Shown in pieces: positions 9,530 through 20,886 of a stretch of DNA of 64,000 bases. Within the stretch, counting starts at the first letter, position 1; every line of letters begins with the position of its first letter. The translations under genes were made by a program, and so were the position numbers. This DNA comes from Alphaproteobacteria bacterium (GTDB lineage: Bacteria; Pseudomonadota; Alphaproteobacteria; Caulobacterales; Caulobacteraceae): the NCBI GenBank assembly GCA_018820665.1, contig JAHJNW010000067.1, positions 18,969-82,968 on the forward strand, in the 5' to 3' direction. The notes under the pieces are model-generated. The model had not been told where the DNA came from. It made no database searches and saw only the letters and a program-made list of their open reading frames with translations.

Positions 9530-10435
9530 ATGTCGAAAATCCGTGCCGTCGTCCTTGGCAGCGGCAACATCGGGGCTGACCTGATGTTGAAGCTGAAGCG
9601 TTCGGAAACCCTTGAATGTACAGCGCTGGTCGGGCGCAGTCTGTCTTCCGCAGGGCTGGCCCGGGCGGTCGAAGAGGGTGTCGCCGTCTCTCCGGACGGG
9701 ATCAATTTCCTGCAGGCCAATGCCGCCGACTACGACATTGTCTTCGATGCGACGTCGGCCGGGGCGCACTACACGCATGCTCCCATCCTTGAGGGTCTCG
9801 GCAAGTTCTGCATCGACCTGACGCCGGCCCGCGTCGGCCCCCTGTGCGTCCCGGTCGTCAATCTGGACGACGGCCTGTCCGGCATGAACGTGAACATGGT
9901 CACCTGCGGCGGTCAGGCCTCGGCCCCGATCGCCTACGCCCTTGGCCAGACCCAGACGGACATCGACTACGTCGAGGTCGTGTCGAGCATCGCCTCGCGT
10001 TCCGCCGGACCCGGCACGCGCCAGAATCTCGACGAATACATTCACACAACCGAAGCGGCCCTGAAGTCGTTCTCCGGGGCGCGGCGGTCCAAGGCCATTC
10101 TCAACCTCAACCCGGCGACCCCCTGCATCAACATGCAGACCACGGTCTTCGCCAAGGTCGCCAACCCCGACATCGAGGCGCTTCAGATCGAACTGGATCG
10201 TATCGTCGCCGAGGTTCGTCGGTATGTGCCCGGATACGAGGTTCTCGTCGGCCCGAAGGTCGACAATGGCCGCATCGTCGTCATGGTGCGGGTGATCGGA
10301 CTGGGCGACTACCTGCCGGCGTATGCCGGCAACCTCGACATCATCAACTGCGCGGCCATCGCCGTGGCTGAAGGCTATGCGACGCAGCGGCTTGAGACGG
10401 CGTCCGTGTCAAAGCTGCGGCTGGTTCATCAATGA
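9530..10435 (+). CDS. mhpF: Acetaldehyde dehydrogenase (acylating), DmpF/MhpF family
   Basis: GSGNIGADL, VFDATSA, NVNMVTCGGQA, SAGPGTR, GDYLPAYAGNLDII. Confidence 0.92.
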   Translation: MSKIRAVVLGSGNIGADLMLKLKRSETLECTALVGRSLSSAGLARAVEEGVAVSPDGINFLQANAADYDIVFDATSAGAHYTHAPILEGLGKFCIDLTPARVGPLCVPVVNLDDGLSGMNVNMVTCGGQASAPIAYALGQTQTDIDYVEVVSSIASRSAGPGTRQNLDEYIHTTEAALKSFSGARRSKAILNLNPATPCINMQTTVFAKVANPDIEALQIELDRIVAEVRRYVPGYEVLVGPKVDNGRIVVMVRVIGLGDYLPAYAGNLDIINCAAIAVAEGYATQRLETASVSKLRLVHQ

Positions 10436-11454
10436 CCGACAACAAACACATCCTGATCAGCGATCCGTCACTCCGCGACGGCAACCACGCCGTGCAGCAC
10501 CGGATCACGGCCGACCAGGTCGCCGCCTATTGCGCGCGCGCCGAGGCGGCGGGCGTGCCGATCGTGGAAGTCGGTCATGGCAACGGCGTGGGGGCCTCGT
10601 CCCTGCAACTGGGCGAAGCTGCGGCTACGGATCACGACCTCCTCAGCGCCGCGCGTTCCGCCCTCAGGACATCGCAACTCGGCATCCACGTGATCCCGGG
10701 GTTCGCCACGATCGACAAGGACCTCAAGCCGGCTCTCGACCTTGGCGTCGACGTGTTCCGCATCGCCAGCCATTGCACCGAGGCGGACGTCACCGAGCGG
10801 TTCATCAGTTTCGCGCGCAGCAACGGCAAGACCGCCTATGGCGTGCTGATGATGAGCCACATGGCGTCGCCCCAGACCCTCGTCGAAGAGGCGCTGAAGA
10901 TGCAGGCCTACGGCGCCGAGACCCTGGTCATCATGGATTCCGCCGGCGCCTATCTGCCGGAAGACGTGCGGGTTCGCATATCGGCCCTGGTCGACCGGCT
11001 CAGCATTCCGGTGGGCTTCCACGCGCACAACAACCTCGGTTCGGCGATCTCCAACTCGGTCGCGGCCGTGGAGGTCGGGGCGTCGATGCTTGACGGCTGC
11101 TCGCGCGGCTTCGGCGCCGGCGCGGGCAACGCCCAGCTGGAAGTCCTGATCGCCGTTTTGCACAAGATGGGCTACGAGACCGGCATCGATCTGTACGGGG
11201 TCCTCGATCTGGCCAATTTCGCCGAGAAGGAATTGATGTCCGGCGTGCCGACGATCTCGTCGACCAGCATCGTCAGCGGCCTGTCCGGCGTGTTCTCCGG
11301 ATTCCTGCGGCCGGTGCAACGCATCGCCGACGAACAGGGTCTGGATCCGCGCGACATCTTCTTCGAACTGGGCAAGCGGGGCATCGTCGCCGGTCAGGAA
11401 GACATGATCATCGAGGTCGCCCAGGCGCTGAAGGAAGCGCGGAACGCGGCTTGA
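10432..11454 (+). CDS. dmpG: 4-hydroxy-2-oxovalerate aldolase, DmpG/MhpE family
   Basis: SLRDGNH, EVGHGNG, HCTEAD, GFHAHNNLG, GAGAGNA, C-terminal communication domain (GQEDMII). Confidence 0.92.
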   Translation: MTDNKHILISDPSLRDGNHAVQHRITADQVAAYCARAEAAGVPIVEVGHGNGVGASSLQLGEAAATDHDLLSAARSALRTSQLGIHVIPGFATIDKDLKPALDLGVDVFRIASHCTEADVTERFISFARSNGKTAYGVLMMSHMASPQTLVEEALKMQAYGAETLVIMDSAGAYLPEDVRVRISALVDRLSIPVGFHAHNNLGSAISNSVAAVEVGASMLDGCSRGFGAGAGNAQLEVLIAVLHKMGYETGIDLYGVLDLANFAEKELMSGVPTISSTSIVSGLSGVFSGFLRPVQRIADEQGLDPRDIFFELGKRGIVAGQEDMIIEVAQALKEARNAA

Positions 11455-12488
11455 TGTCCAGGTCGATCAAGGCGTTGTACGCCGACTGCGAAGCATCCCT
11501 CTCCAGCATAGACGTGACGGTTCTGGACGGCCTGCGGGATAGCCAGATCGTGCTCGTGGGGGCGTCCGGGTTTATCGGAACCTGGATCACGCTACTGGTC
11601 GCCTATCTGAATGAAACCCACGGGTTCCGGACCCGGATCCGCGGCTATGCGCGGCGACCGGAACGGTGGCTGGCCGAGGTTGGCGATCTGGCGAAGCGCC
11701 ATCCGGAGATATCGTTCCACAGCGCGGATGTCCGGAGCCTCGCCGGCGCGCCGACGGATGCGCACTGGATCATCAACGCGTCCGGCTCGCCCGACAGCCG
11801 CCGACATGCCAGCGAGCCGGTCGAAACCCTCGCGATCTTCGGCGAGGGCGCCGCCCGGCTGATGGAACTGGCGGAACGGTCCGTGGACCTGAAAAAATTC
11901 CTGCAGTTCAGTTCAGGCCTCGTGGGAATGGCCGGCCCGGCGGACTCGCGGCTCGACGCCTCGCAAACCTATGTCAACGCGAAACGGTTTGGCGAAGCCG
12001 TCTGCGCGGCCCATTTCACCCAGCGCCGACTGCCGGTCGTCGTCACCCGACCCTTTACCTTCATCGGCCCCTTCCAGGCTCTCGACGCCCCCTGGGCCGT
12101 GAACAATTTTCTGATGTGCGCCGCCCGCGGTCAGCCGCTCAAGGTTCTCGGCGATGGTGAGAGCCGCCGGACCTTCCTTTACGGCAGCGACGCCGCGGTC
12201 CAGGCCCTTCTGCAGATGGTGCGCGGGGAACCCGGCACGGTCCATAATCTGGCCGGACCGCAGTCCACCAGCCTCGCGGATCTGGCGCGTCGTGTCGCCG
12301 CCATGGCGCCCCGTCCGCTGGAGGTCCGGTTCAACACCGGCCGCGGCAACATCCCCTCCAATGACTTCGTTCCCGAACCGGACGAGTCCGCTGACGACTT
12401 CGGGTTCAGCCCGGCGTTCTCGCTGGAACGGGCGCTCGAGCGGACCCTGAGCTGGCACAATTCGGGCGAGGCCGTCAGCCCACGATAG
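11454..12488 (+). CDS. NAD-dependent epimerase/reductase (extended SDR)
   Basis: VGASGFIG, YVNAK (YxxxK), RPFTFIGP, RTFLYGSD. Confidence 0.8.
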   Translation: MSRSIKALYADCEASLSSIDVTVLDGLRDSQIVLVGASGFIGTWITLLVAYLNETHGFRTRIRGYARRPERWLAEVGDLAKRHPEISFHSADVRSLAGAPTDAHWIINASGSPDSRRHASEPVETLAIFGEGAARLMELAERSVDLKKFLQFSSGLVGMAGPADSRLDASQTYVNAKRFGEAVCAAHFTQRRLPVVVTRPFTFIGPFQALDAPWAVNNFLMCAARGQPLKVLGDGESRRTFLYGSDAAVQALLQMVRGEPGTVHNLAGPQSTSLADLARRVAAMAPRPLEVRFNTGRGNIPSNDFVPEPDESADDFGFSPAFSLERALERTLSWHNSGEAVSPR

Positions 12489-14295
12489 GGCTGTCGGCGG
12501 GCTGGCCCTGGTCCCCGGCGGTGACGTTCAGCGCCCGATCCAACACCTCATCGGGCAGCAGTGGCGACATCACGTGCAGCGGGTTCGACCGCATGGAGCC
12601 GTCCGGCAAGCGCTGGGACGCCACGGTGGGAATGACGCTCTGGTTCGGCTGCGCCCGCACCGCGACGAGCACAGGCCCCTTGCGGGACAGGGCGTCTCGA
12701 ATCTGCTCGGCCATCGAAGTCCGGTCGTCGATCGCAATGAAATCCAGTCCGAACGCGTCGGCCAGCTTGTCGAGGGGGGGCGTGGACACCCCGCTGTCGC
12801 GGCTGGCGCCGACGAAGTTTCCGGCGAAGAAGCCCTTCTGGGTGTTGCGGATCGATGCATAGCCATCGTTGTCCACGATGAAGACTTTCACATTCAGCTG
12901 GTTGTGGCTGAGCGTCTGCAGCTCGTGAACATTGGTCTGGAGAGATCCGTCGCCGGTCACGCAAACGACGGTGACGTCGGGCGCCGCGGCGGCCGCACCG
13001 ATGGCTGCAGGCAGTGCGTAGCCCATTGCCCCGAGTGCGCCCGAAACGATGTAGCGCTGCCCGTCTTTCAGATGGAAGGCCTGGCCCATCACGTAGAACG
13101 CGGAGCCCGCGTCGGTGACAACCGTCGCTTCCGCCTCAAGCGCCTCGCTCAACGCGTCGGCGAACTCGTAGAAATTGATCTCCGGCGTATCCACGACATG
13201 GGGTTCGACAGCGACCGCGAACGCGTTTTTCCAGTTCAGACAGACCTCGTTCCAGCGGGTCAGATCGGTCGGCTTTCGCCCAAGCGCCAGCAAGGCCTCA
13301 AGGAAGGCTCCGACGTCGCTCGTGACCTGCAGATCGACGGTGACGTCACCCCGGCCGAGAACTGCGGGATCAATATCCACCTGGATCTTGAAGGCGTCGG
13401 GCGCATAGAATTCCTCTTCGTAGCCGATGGTCTGGGCGTGAAGACTGCTGCCGACGGACAGGATCAGGTCCGCGCTCTGGATCGCGAAATTGCCCGGGCG
13501 ATCGCCCTTCGGACCGCAGTGGCCGACGAACTGGGGGTGGGCGAACGGCAGGGCGTCCTTGGCCAGTTGCGTGGCGACCACCGGTATGCCCAGCGCCTCG
13601 ACGAGCGCCCGAAAAGCCGGCACGGCGCCCCCGGCCCGCACCCCGTGGCCGACCAGAAGAACCGGACGACTGGCCTGGGCCAGACGATCCGCGATCTTGT
13701 CCATCAGCGCCGGATCAGGCGGGGAAGCGTCCGCGTCGGGTTCAAAACCGTCCTGCGCGGCGGGATCGATCAATGCGCCCTGGATGTCCAGCGGGATATC
13801 CAGCAGCACGGGTCCGGGGCGCCCTGTCACAGCCAGGTGGATCGCCTTCTCCAGATGATAACGGGCCGTCGCGGGGTCATCCAGAAAATGAGCGTATTTG
13901 GTGACGCTCGCGACGATCGGGACGATGTCGACTTCAAAAGTCCCGAACTGTCGAAGCCCCTTCACCCCGGCCGAGCGTATCGTCTGCGAACGCTTGCTCT
14001 GTCCCGTCACGAAAAGGACCGGGGACGAATCCTGGAACGCCCCGACGAGGCCGGTCAGGAGATTCGTCGCGCCGGGCCCGCTGGTCGCATAGCAGACGCC
14101 AAGGGTCCCGCTCTGACGCGCGTACCCTTCTGCGGCCATGGCGCAGGCCTGTTCGTGGTGTCCGCAGATATAGTCCAGATCCGCGACGCCCAGGGCGTCG
14201 ATGAGATGCATCATGCCGCCGCCGGACAGAAGGAACGCCTTGCGGACGCCGACCGCCTTCAGGTGGTCGGCGATATAGTCGGATACGCGGATCAT
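12475..14295 (-). CDS. ThDP-dependent carboligase, YerE-like (acetolactate synthase superfamily)
   Basis: HHEQACAMAAEGYAR, TSGPGATN, GRPGPVLLDIPLDIQ, GAMGYALP, GDGS...N ThDP motif; inside a sugar locus with rfbFGH; no ilvH partner. Confidence 0.85.
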   Translation of the reverse strand: MIRVSDYIADHLKAVGVRKAFLLSGGGMMHLIDALGVADLDYICGHHEQACAMAAEGYARQSGTLGVCYATSGPGATNLLTGLVGAFQDSSPVLFVTGQSKRSQTIRSAGVKGLRQFGTFEVDIVPIVASVTKYAHFLDDPATARYHLEKAIHLAVTGRPGPVLLDIPLDIQGALIDPAAQDGFEPDADASPPDPALMDKIADRLAQASRPVLLVGHGVRAGGAVPAFRALVEALGIPVVATQLAKDALPFAHPQFVGHCGPKGDRPGNFAIQSADLILSVGSSLHAQTIGYEEEFYAPDAFKIQVDIDPAVLGRGDVTVDLQVTSDVGAFLEALLALGRKPTDLTRWNEVCLNWKNAFAVAVEPHVVDTPEINFYEFADALSEALEAEATVVTDAGSAFYVMGQAFHLKDGQRYIVSGALGAMGYALPAAIGAAAAAPDVTVVCVTGDGSLQTNVHELQTLSHNQLNVKVFIVDNDGYASIRNTQKGFFAGNFVGASRDSGVSTPPLDKLADAFGLDFIAIDDRTSMAEQIRDALSRKGPVLVAVRAQPNQSVIPTVASQRLPDGSMRSNPLHVMSPLLPDEVLDRALNVTAGDQGQPADSPIVG

Positions 14296-15087
14296 TCAGG
14301 GCCTCTGGGGGAAATTCGAAACGCGACTGGTGACATGCCCCACGAGCTGTCGACATGCAGCAGAAATCACGTTGCTGTCCACGCCACAGACAATGAAACG
14401 GGCGCCCAGCGCAAGGGCGCGATCGATGTCGGCTGGCGATCTCGCCATGACCCCGACAGCCTTCCCGAAAGTCTTGATACGCGCCGTTGCATCTTCGACA
14501 AACGCGATGACTTTAGGATCGGTGACATTTCCATCGCAACCCAGCGCCATCGACATGTCGTATACGCCGAGATACACCAAATCAATTCCATCTATACTGC
14601 AGATGCGGTCCAAGTCGGCGTATGCTTCGGCGTTTTCGATGATGACGCCCAGCAGCGCCTCGTCGACAGGCTCTCCGGCTTCACCCTCAGGCCTCAGACC
14701 GTAACGGGAAGAGCGGGTGAACGGATTGTAGCCACGAGACCCTCGCGGTCCGTATCGCGCATACTGGACCACCCTCTCGGCGTCCGCCGCGCTCCTGACC
14801 TGCGGCACGATCAGCCCGTGACATCCCAGATCCAGGACTCGCTGGAATGTCGAGGGCGTGAGGTCCGGAAGCCGGACGATAGCCGAACACCCGCCCAGTT
14901 CACACGCCCGGACGGCGTGCTCGAGGCTCTCGAAAGACCACGGACCGTGCTCGAGATCGAGAATCTGAAAATCGAAGCCCGCTCCGGCCGCGATCTCGAC
15001 CACGGTCGACGACGCCACGATCGACCAGAGGCCGGAGAGCGTTTCTCCGGCCCGGACACGTCTGGGCATATTGGGCGGCATCCTCAC
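14296..15087 (-). CDS. HpcH/HpaI-family pyruvate-dependent aldolase
   Basis: GFDFQILDLEHG, LDLGCHGLIVPQV, RYGPRGSRG, IIEN, YLGVYDMSMALG. Confidence 0.88.
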   Translation of the reverse strand: MRMPPNMPRRVRAGETLSGLWSIVASSTVVEIAAGAGFDFQILDLEHGPWSFESLEHAVRACELGGCSAIVRLPDLTPSTFQRVLDLGCHGLIVPQVRSAADAERVVQYARYGPRGSRGYNPFTRSSRYGLRPEGEAGEPVDEALLGVIIENAEAYADLDRICSIDGIDLVYLGVYDMSMALGCDGNVTDPKVIAFVEDATARIKTFGKAVGVMARSPADIDRALALGARFIVCGVDSNVISAACRQLVGHVTSRVSNFPQRP

Positions 15088-15244
15088 CTCGGCAAATCAA
15101 CCACTCGGCGCAACCCGAGGAAAGACGGGATATTGGCCATAGTCCGAACTTGAAAGACATGGCAACGGTGATCACACATCTGCCCTGCCAGGCCCATGCC
15201 CGAACGTGGCGAGGGTCGGGCCGGCGCCAGAAGTGGAGAATGTC

Positions 15245-16282
15245 GTGCTGAGTTCGATTGTTGCGGAGGACGCCCGCCGTATTGCGGCGGCCGATCTACC
15301 CTGGGAGAGGTTTTCCGGCAAACGGGTCCTGGTGACCGGCGCTGCCGGAGCGCTGGCGACCTATATTGTCGAAGCCTTGCTGACCGTTTCGCCCCGTCTG
15401 GATCGGCCGATTTCGGTCGCCGGTCTGGTCAGAAACGAGGCCAGGGCGCGCGCTCGCTTCTCCAATCACGGCCACAATCCCGATCTGGAACTCGTTATCG
15501 GCGATGTGACGACGCCCAACCCTGACTGGCGGTACGACTACATCATTCACGCGGCAAGTAACGCGACTCCCAAGTATTATTCGTCAGACCCGGTCGGCAC
15601 CATTTCCGCCAACCTTCAGGGCACCCAGAACCTGCTGGAGACGGCCCGGGTCTCCGGCTCCGAGGGCCTCCTCTACGTCAGCAGCGGCGAAGTGTACGGC
15701 GAGGTGTCCAAGGTCCCGACCGCCGAAGGCGACTATGGATACCTTGATCCGACCGCCTTGAGGGCGTGCTACGCCGAGTCCAAGCGCGCAGGCGAAAATC
15801 TGTGCGTGGCGTACAACCATCAACACGGCGTTCCCACCTTCATTGTGCGACCTTTCCACACCTACGGTCCGACAATGGCGCTTGATGATGGTCGGGTTTT
15901 TGCGGATTTCGTCGCGGATATAGTCGCGAACAGAAATATCGTCATCAAGGGAGACGGACTGGCCCGGCGCGCCTTCTGCTATGTGAGCGACGCCACCACG
16001 GGCTTCCTGACCGTCGTTCTGAAGGGCGAACAGTCCATCCCCTACAATGTCGGGAACGAGGGCGGGGAGGCCAGCATAGGGTCATTGGCGCAGATGCTGG
16101 TCGGCCTTTTTCCCGACCGCGGGCTGGACGTCGAGTTTGGCAAGCGGGACCCGGGCGGCGCCTATATGGTCAGCCCGATCACGCGGAGTTGCCCTGACAC
16201 CTCGCGGATCAGAGCGTTGGGTTGGCAACCGACGGTTGGGCTTCAGGACGGATTTCGGCGAACGGTTCTGGCAATGTCGTGA
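15245..16282 (+). CDS. NAD-dependent epimerase/dehydratase (UDP-GlcA decarboxylase-like SDR)
   Basis: VLVTGAAG, IIHAAS, SSGEVYG, YAESKR, RPFHTYGP, RAFCYVSD; GTG start after GGAG (ORF open from 15206). Confidence 0.82.
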   Translation: MLSSIVAEDARRIAAADLPWERFSGKRVLVTGAAGALATYIVEALLTVSPRLDRPISVAGLVRNEARARARFSNHGHNPDLELVIGDVTTPNPDWRYDYIIHAASNATPKYYSSDPVGTISANLQGTQNLLETARVSGSEGLLYVSSGEVYGEVSKVPTAEGDYGYLDPTALRACYAESKRAGENLCVAYNHQHGVPTFIVRPFHTYGPTMALDDGRVFADFVADIVANRNIVIKGDGLARRAFCYVSDATTGFLTVVLKGEQSIPYNVGNEGGEASIGSLAQMLVGLFPDRGLDVEFGKRDPGGAYMVSPITRSCPDTSRIRALGWQPTVGLQDGFRRTVLAMS

Positions 16283-16346
16283 CCGAACTTGACGCAGCCG
16301 GAAATCGTTCTTAGCGGCTATGTGTTCATGGTGATCTGGAGCCGAT

Positions 16347-17288
16347 ATGCATCTCACGAAACTCAGGCGAGATTATTCGGAGGGCATAATCAGCCGCGCC
16401 GACCTACGTCAGAAAACCAGCGAAGAGTTTGCAAAGCTGGCTGCGTACCAGGAGATGATCGCCGGATCGGACATATCCGAGATATCCATATCAAGCTCCG
16501 ATATCATTGCGACCATAAAGTCCGGCGTCAGGATGTACTGGGAAGTAGAGGACGTATGCTCTGCGCCAAGTATCGCTTTTGCCCATTCATCCTATGAGCC
16601 TGAAGAATCACATCTGCTGTTTTCGCTTGCGGCAGACAAGAAGTCGATACTGGATATCGGCGCGAACATCGGCTGGCATAGTTTGCATTTCGGCCGCCTT
16701 ACCCAGGCTAACGGCGGGTCTGTGTACGCGATCGAGCCTATACCCTGGACGTTTGATCGCCTCAAACGCAACGTCGAGCTGAACTCACTGTCCTCGGTGG
16801 TGAATCTGTATCAGCTGGGGTTTGGCGAAAGCGCCGGATCGGCGACCTTCTATGTTCCGCGCGAGTCTGGATCGTCGGCGGCTTCCATGCGTGATCTTCA
16901 CCCGGATGAAGGCTCGCAGAGGGTTGATTGCTCGATTGAGGTGGTCGACGAATTTCTGCAGCGCGAATGCTCGCATCCCATCGACATGGTGAAATGCGAT
17001 GTCGAAGGCGCGGAATTGATGGTCCTGCGCGGAGCGAACCGCCTGTTGACCAGCGACAGACCGGTGTTCTTCTTCGAACTGCTTCGGAAGTGGTCGAAGA
17101 ACTTTGGCTACCATCCGAATGCCGTGATCGATCTTCTCGCCTCTCACGGTTATCAGTGCTGGGCCGTCGGCAAGGGGTCGATCACGCGGATGACCGAGAT
17201 GACCGAGGAGACCGAGGAGACGAATTTCCTGTTCCTCGCCGACCACCACGAGCGGGAGAAGCTCATAATAGAAGACCTCGCCCGGTAG
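16347..17288 (+). CDS. FkbM-family methyltransferase
   Basis: ILDIGANIG, YAIEP, MVKCDVEGAELMVLRG; noticeably AT-richer. Confidence 0.88.
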   Translation: MHLTKLRRDYSEGIISRADLRQKTSEEFAKLAAYQEMIAGSDISEISISSSDIIATIKSGVRMYWEVEDVCSAPSIAFAHSSYEPEESHLLFSLAADKKSILDIGANIGWHSLHFGRLTQANGGSVYAIEPIPWTFDRLKRNVELNSLSSVVNLYQLGFGESAGSATFYVPRESGSSAASMRDLHPDEGSQRVDCSIEVVDEFLQRECSHPIDMVKCDVEGAELMVLRGANRLLTSDRPVFFFELLRKWSKNFGYHPNAVIDLLASHGYQCWAVGKGSITRMTEMTEETEETNFLFLADHHEREKLIIEDLAR

Positions 17289-17358
17289 AGTGAGCCAAGA
17301 CCGCCGACGAACACTCGTCGGCGGTCCTGGCGACTGCCTTGGCGCCCGCTAACGGTTG

Positions 17359-18384
17359 TCACCGGTGCTGGAAAACACTTCTGGCTGACCTGAAGAAGAC
17401 CCCGCCCCAACGGCCGAACACAAGGACGGTCATGGCCAAAATCCAGGGCATGGGGTGCCCCATCAGGCCCAGCTTCCGAAGCTCGCCTGTCAGTTCCAAT
17501 GTCCGACCACGCTTCTGGACGGTCATCATCTCAAACACATGGAACGATTGCTTCACCGTCAATTCTCGCCGCAGTCCGGGAAGGATGGTGACACCCTTCT
17601 CGTTCTCCACATCGGCGCCGATCCGCAGAACCCCCCGCCACATCGCCGCCCGTCCTTTTGGCGTGTAGCTTCCCGGTATGTGGACCGCCTGCTCGCTGCC
17701 GGCTGATCCGAACAACGGGAGACCGTCAGTCCGACCGCCGACCGTCGGTGTCGAAATATAGCCGATGCCCGACCCGACATAGGCGTGGGCGGCCAGATGA
17801 ATCTGGTAGTAGAGGGTTCCGTCATACCGGTCTGTGGAGAGACCATCCGCCCAGGGGCGGTTGATCATCAGCCCGCCTACAAACCCGGCCAGTCGAAACA
17901 GCATGCCGCTCTGCGAGTTTTCAGAGTCAAACACTGCGTCGTCCGACCAAAGTCGGGATACGCCGACCTCCTTCTCCCCCTGGACCCGGACGTGCGCCCG
18001 CGACACGACCTTGACTTCAGGGCGCCGCAAGACGAACGACTGCATGGCGGCGACGCCCGCGGGAAGCAGAAAGTCGTCGTTTCCCAACAGACAGACCCAC
18101 GGCGCGCGCGCACTGGCGATCACCTTCCGCAGGTTTCCGTCGTAACCGAGATTGCGGTCGTTCTCGATGAAACGCACCTCGCACCCGAGTTGCGCGAGCG
18201 CCGGAGTCCATTCCTCAGCAATCGCACGCAGTTCGGCTCGCTCAGGGGACATGTCGTCGCAAAGCACGACTTCCGCCGGCAACATCTCGGAACTGGCGAC
18301 GGCGGCGAGCAGCTTCCGCAGGTCGTTGGGGCGCGAGTAAACCGGAACGCCAATGGCCAGTTCGGACCAGACAGGTCTAGACAT
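17359..18384 (-). CDS. Glycosyltransferase family 2
   Basis: IGVPVYSR, LCDDMS, NLGYDGN, LLGNDD. Confidence 0.85.
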   Translation of the reverse strand: MSRPVWSELAIGVPVYSRPNDLRKLLAAVASSEMLPAEVVLCDDMSPERAELRAIAEEWTPALAQLGCEVRFIENDRNLGYDGNLRKVIASARAPWVCLLGNDDFLLPAGVAAMQSFVLRRPEVKVVSRAHVRVQGEKEVGVSRLWSDDAVFDSENSQSGMLFRLAGFVGGLMINRPWADGLSTDRYDGTLYYQIHLAAHAYVGSGIGYISTPTVGGRTDGLPLFGSAGSEQAVHIPGSYTPKGRAAMWRGVLRIGADVENEKGVTILPGLRRELTVKQSFHVFEMMTVQKRGRTLELTGELRKLGLMGHPMPWILAMTVLVFGRWGGVFFRSARSVFQHR

Positions 18385-18982
18385 GCAGGTGTTCTGTTTC
18401 ATCCAAATATCGAACGACACGCGCCGGAACGCCGGCAATTACAGCTGGTCGCGTCTCTACCAGCTTCACCACGCTATTGGCCCCCACAATCGAGCCCGCC
18501 GCGATCCGCGTCCCTCCAAGAATGACGGCGCCGTCGCAAATCCAGCATCGCGCACCGATGGTGATGGGTGAGAGGTCGCCCAAGGGTCGGTCCGCTGGAT
18601 TGACGCCCGGAGCGACCGCATAGTCCGGGACCGCGCCGTGGCTGTGATCCCCGATGTAAATCTTGCTGCCCAACAGACAGCCAGCGCCGATTTCGACGGA
18701 GTCGGCACAGGAAATGTGGGTCCAGTCGCTGATCGACACGCCCTGCCCAAAGGACAGGGCTGGACTGAAGTTTCGCCCCTTGTAGTGGGTCACAGCCTCA
18801 ATCCAGCACGCATCTCCGATCGCCAGGCTCCCTTCTACGTGGATCGCCTCAAGACCCCGGAGCTTGAAGTGTCGACCCACACGCCTGAACCCGAGTCCGG
18901 TGATCAAGGACCACCACATGCCGTTTAGCCGCGGCAAGGCGCGGCCTGAGAATTCCAGAATTCGGTAGATGGGGCGTTTCAT
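18377..18982 (-). CDS. Hexapeptide-repeat (left-handed beta-helix) O-acetyltransferase
   Basis: VEIGAGCLLG, IGDHSHG, ITIGARCWI, IVGANSVV, AGVPARV. Confidence 0.87.
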   Translation of the reverse strand: MKRPIYRILEFSGRALPRLNGMWWSLITGLGFRRVGRHFKLRGLEAIHVEGSLAIGDACWIEAVTHYKGRNFSPALSFGQGVSISDWTHISCADSVEIGAGCLLGSKIYIGDHSHGAVPDYAVAPGVNPADRPLGDLSPITIGARCWICDGAVILGGTRIAAGSIVGANSVVKLVETRPAVIAGVPARVVRYLDETEHLHV

Positions 18983-20009
18983 CGGTTTGCCGATCCCATA
19001 GGTCTCAGCGCGGCGACGCGGCGGACCTTCGACCAGGCAGCGACGCTGGCGTAGAGGCACCAGCCGACGCTCCTGGGGACCCGCGGGATCATCACGACAA
19101 TCCCGCCCAGCAGGGTCCGATCGCGATATGCGGCGCGCAGCAAGGCGAGATCGTCACCATCCATGCGACCGAACCGGCCCGCCTTGCCCGATCCGAGACG
19201 CCAGATCAGTGGCGGCAAAAAGCGCTCCTGAAGGTCGGCCAGGACGTGATCCACCAGCTCCGGCCTGTTCATGAGCCGGTCTCCCAGGGCCTCTCCCAGA
19301 CGTGACGCAAAAACCTCGAGGACAGGATACCCTCCCCCGTTCGCCGAGGTGGCGATCACCACGCCTCGATCGCAAGCGAAGAATGTGGCGCCGTTGTCGA
19401 GGGCGGGAAGGACCCATTCGAGTTGCGGCAGCCATTTATCGGCGGGGATATCGAAATCAACGTGCTCCCTCACACGCGCGGCGTTCACGACAAAACTGGA
19501 CAGGAACGTCAGCCCGACACCGGCCGATCGGGCAAAATAGTCTGGAGAGACCTGCCTGAAAACCGCCTCCGTATGATCCGAAGCATGCCGCGGTCGGGCG
19601 TCCTGCACCCAGATCGGCGGCAGGAAGATGAGATCGGGCTTTTCGACCCGCAGCATATCGCTGATGCGTTCGACAAGGCCCGCCGCGGGCCGGTCATCAT
19701 CGCCGAGAACCCAGACCAGATCCGCCCGCGCCTCGGACAGGCAAAAGCGGACGTTTGCCCCCGCGCCCCTGTTTTCCGCATGGGTCACGAGGGTGACCGC
19801 GCCCATATCCGCATAAGGCGCGAGAGCCGCCGCCGTGCCGTCCGGCGAGGCGTTGTCCGCGACCAGCACCTCGACTCTGTCCTGCAGACGGCCGGCCGCG
19901 ATTTCATCCGCGAGGAAGCGGACAAGCGGCTCGACGAACCCGACACGGTTGTAGGTGGGAATGGCGATCGTCAGCAGTGGACGGGAAGCCGGCGTCACCG
20001 GGGCGGCCT

Positions 20010-20013
<4 letters not shown>
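18979..20013 (-). CDS. Glycosyltransferase family 2 (resembles dideoxyhexose transferases)
   Basis: [40 protein letters not shown]. Confidence 0.85.
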
Positions 20014-20879
<866 letters not shown>

Positions 20880-20886
20880 GATGTCC

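Noticed and set aside
8351-10045. 564-aa extended GalE as given by the ORF track
   Set aside because: The N-terminal 232 aa are antisense to mhpF and the intergenic region; GalE motifs begin at ATG 9349.
3531-11454. mhpD-like + mhpF + mhpE as an aromatic meta-cleavage pathway
   Set aside because: No dioxygenase or hydrolase genes. The hydratase is in the high-GC uronate operon, while dmpFG are in the lower-GC glycan cassette coupled to an SDR.
12475-14295. Acetolactate synthase ilvB for branched-chain amino acids
   Set aside because: No ilvH or ilvC nearby; the context of rfbFGH, aldolases and SDRs fits a YerE-like sugar carboligase better.
12574-15153. 859-aa + strand ORF
   Set aside because: Antisense shadow of the ThDP enzyme and HpcH genes; no motifs.
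16289-16597. 102-aa ORF overlapping FkbM
   Set aside because: Alternative frame with a TTG start and no recognisable features.
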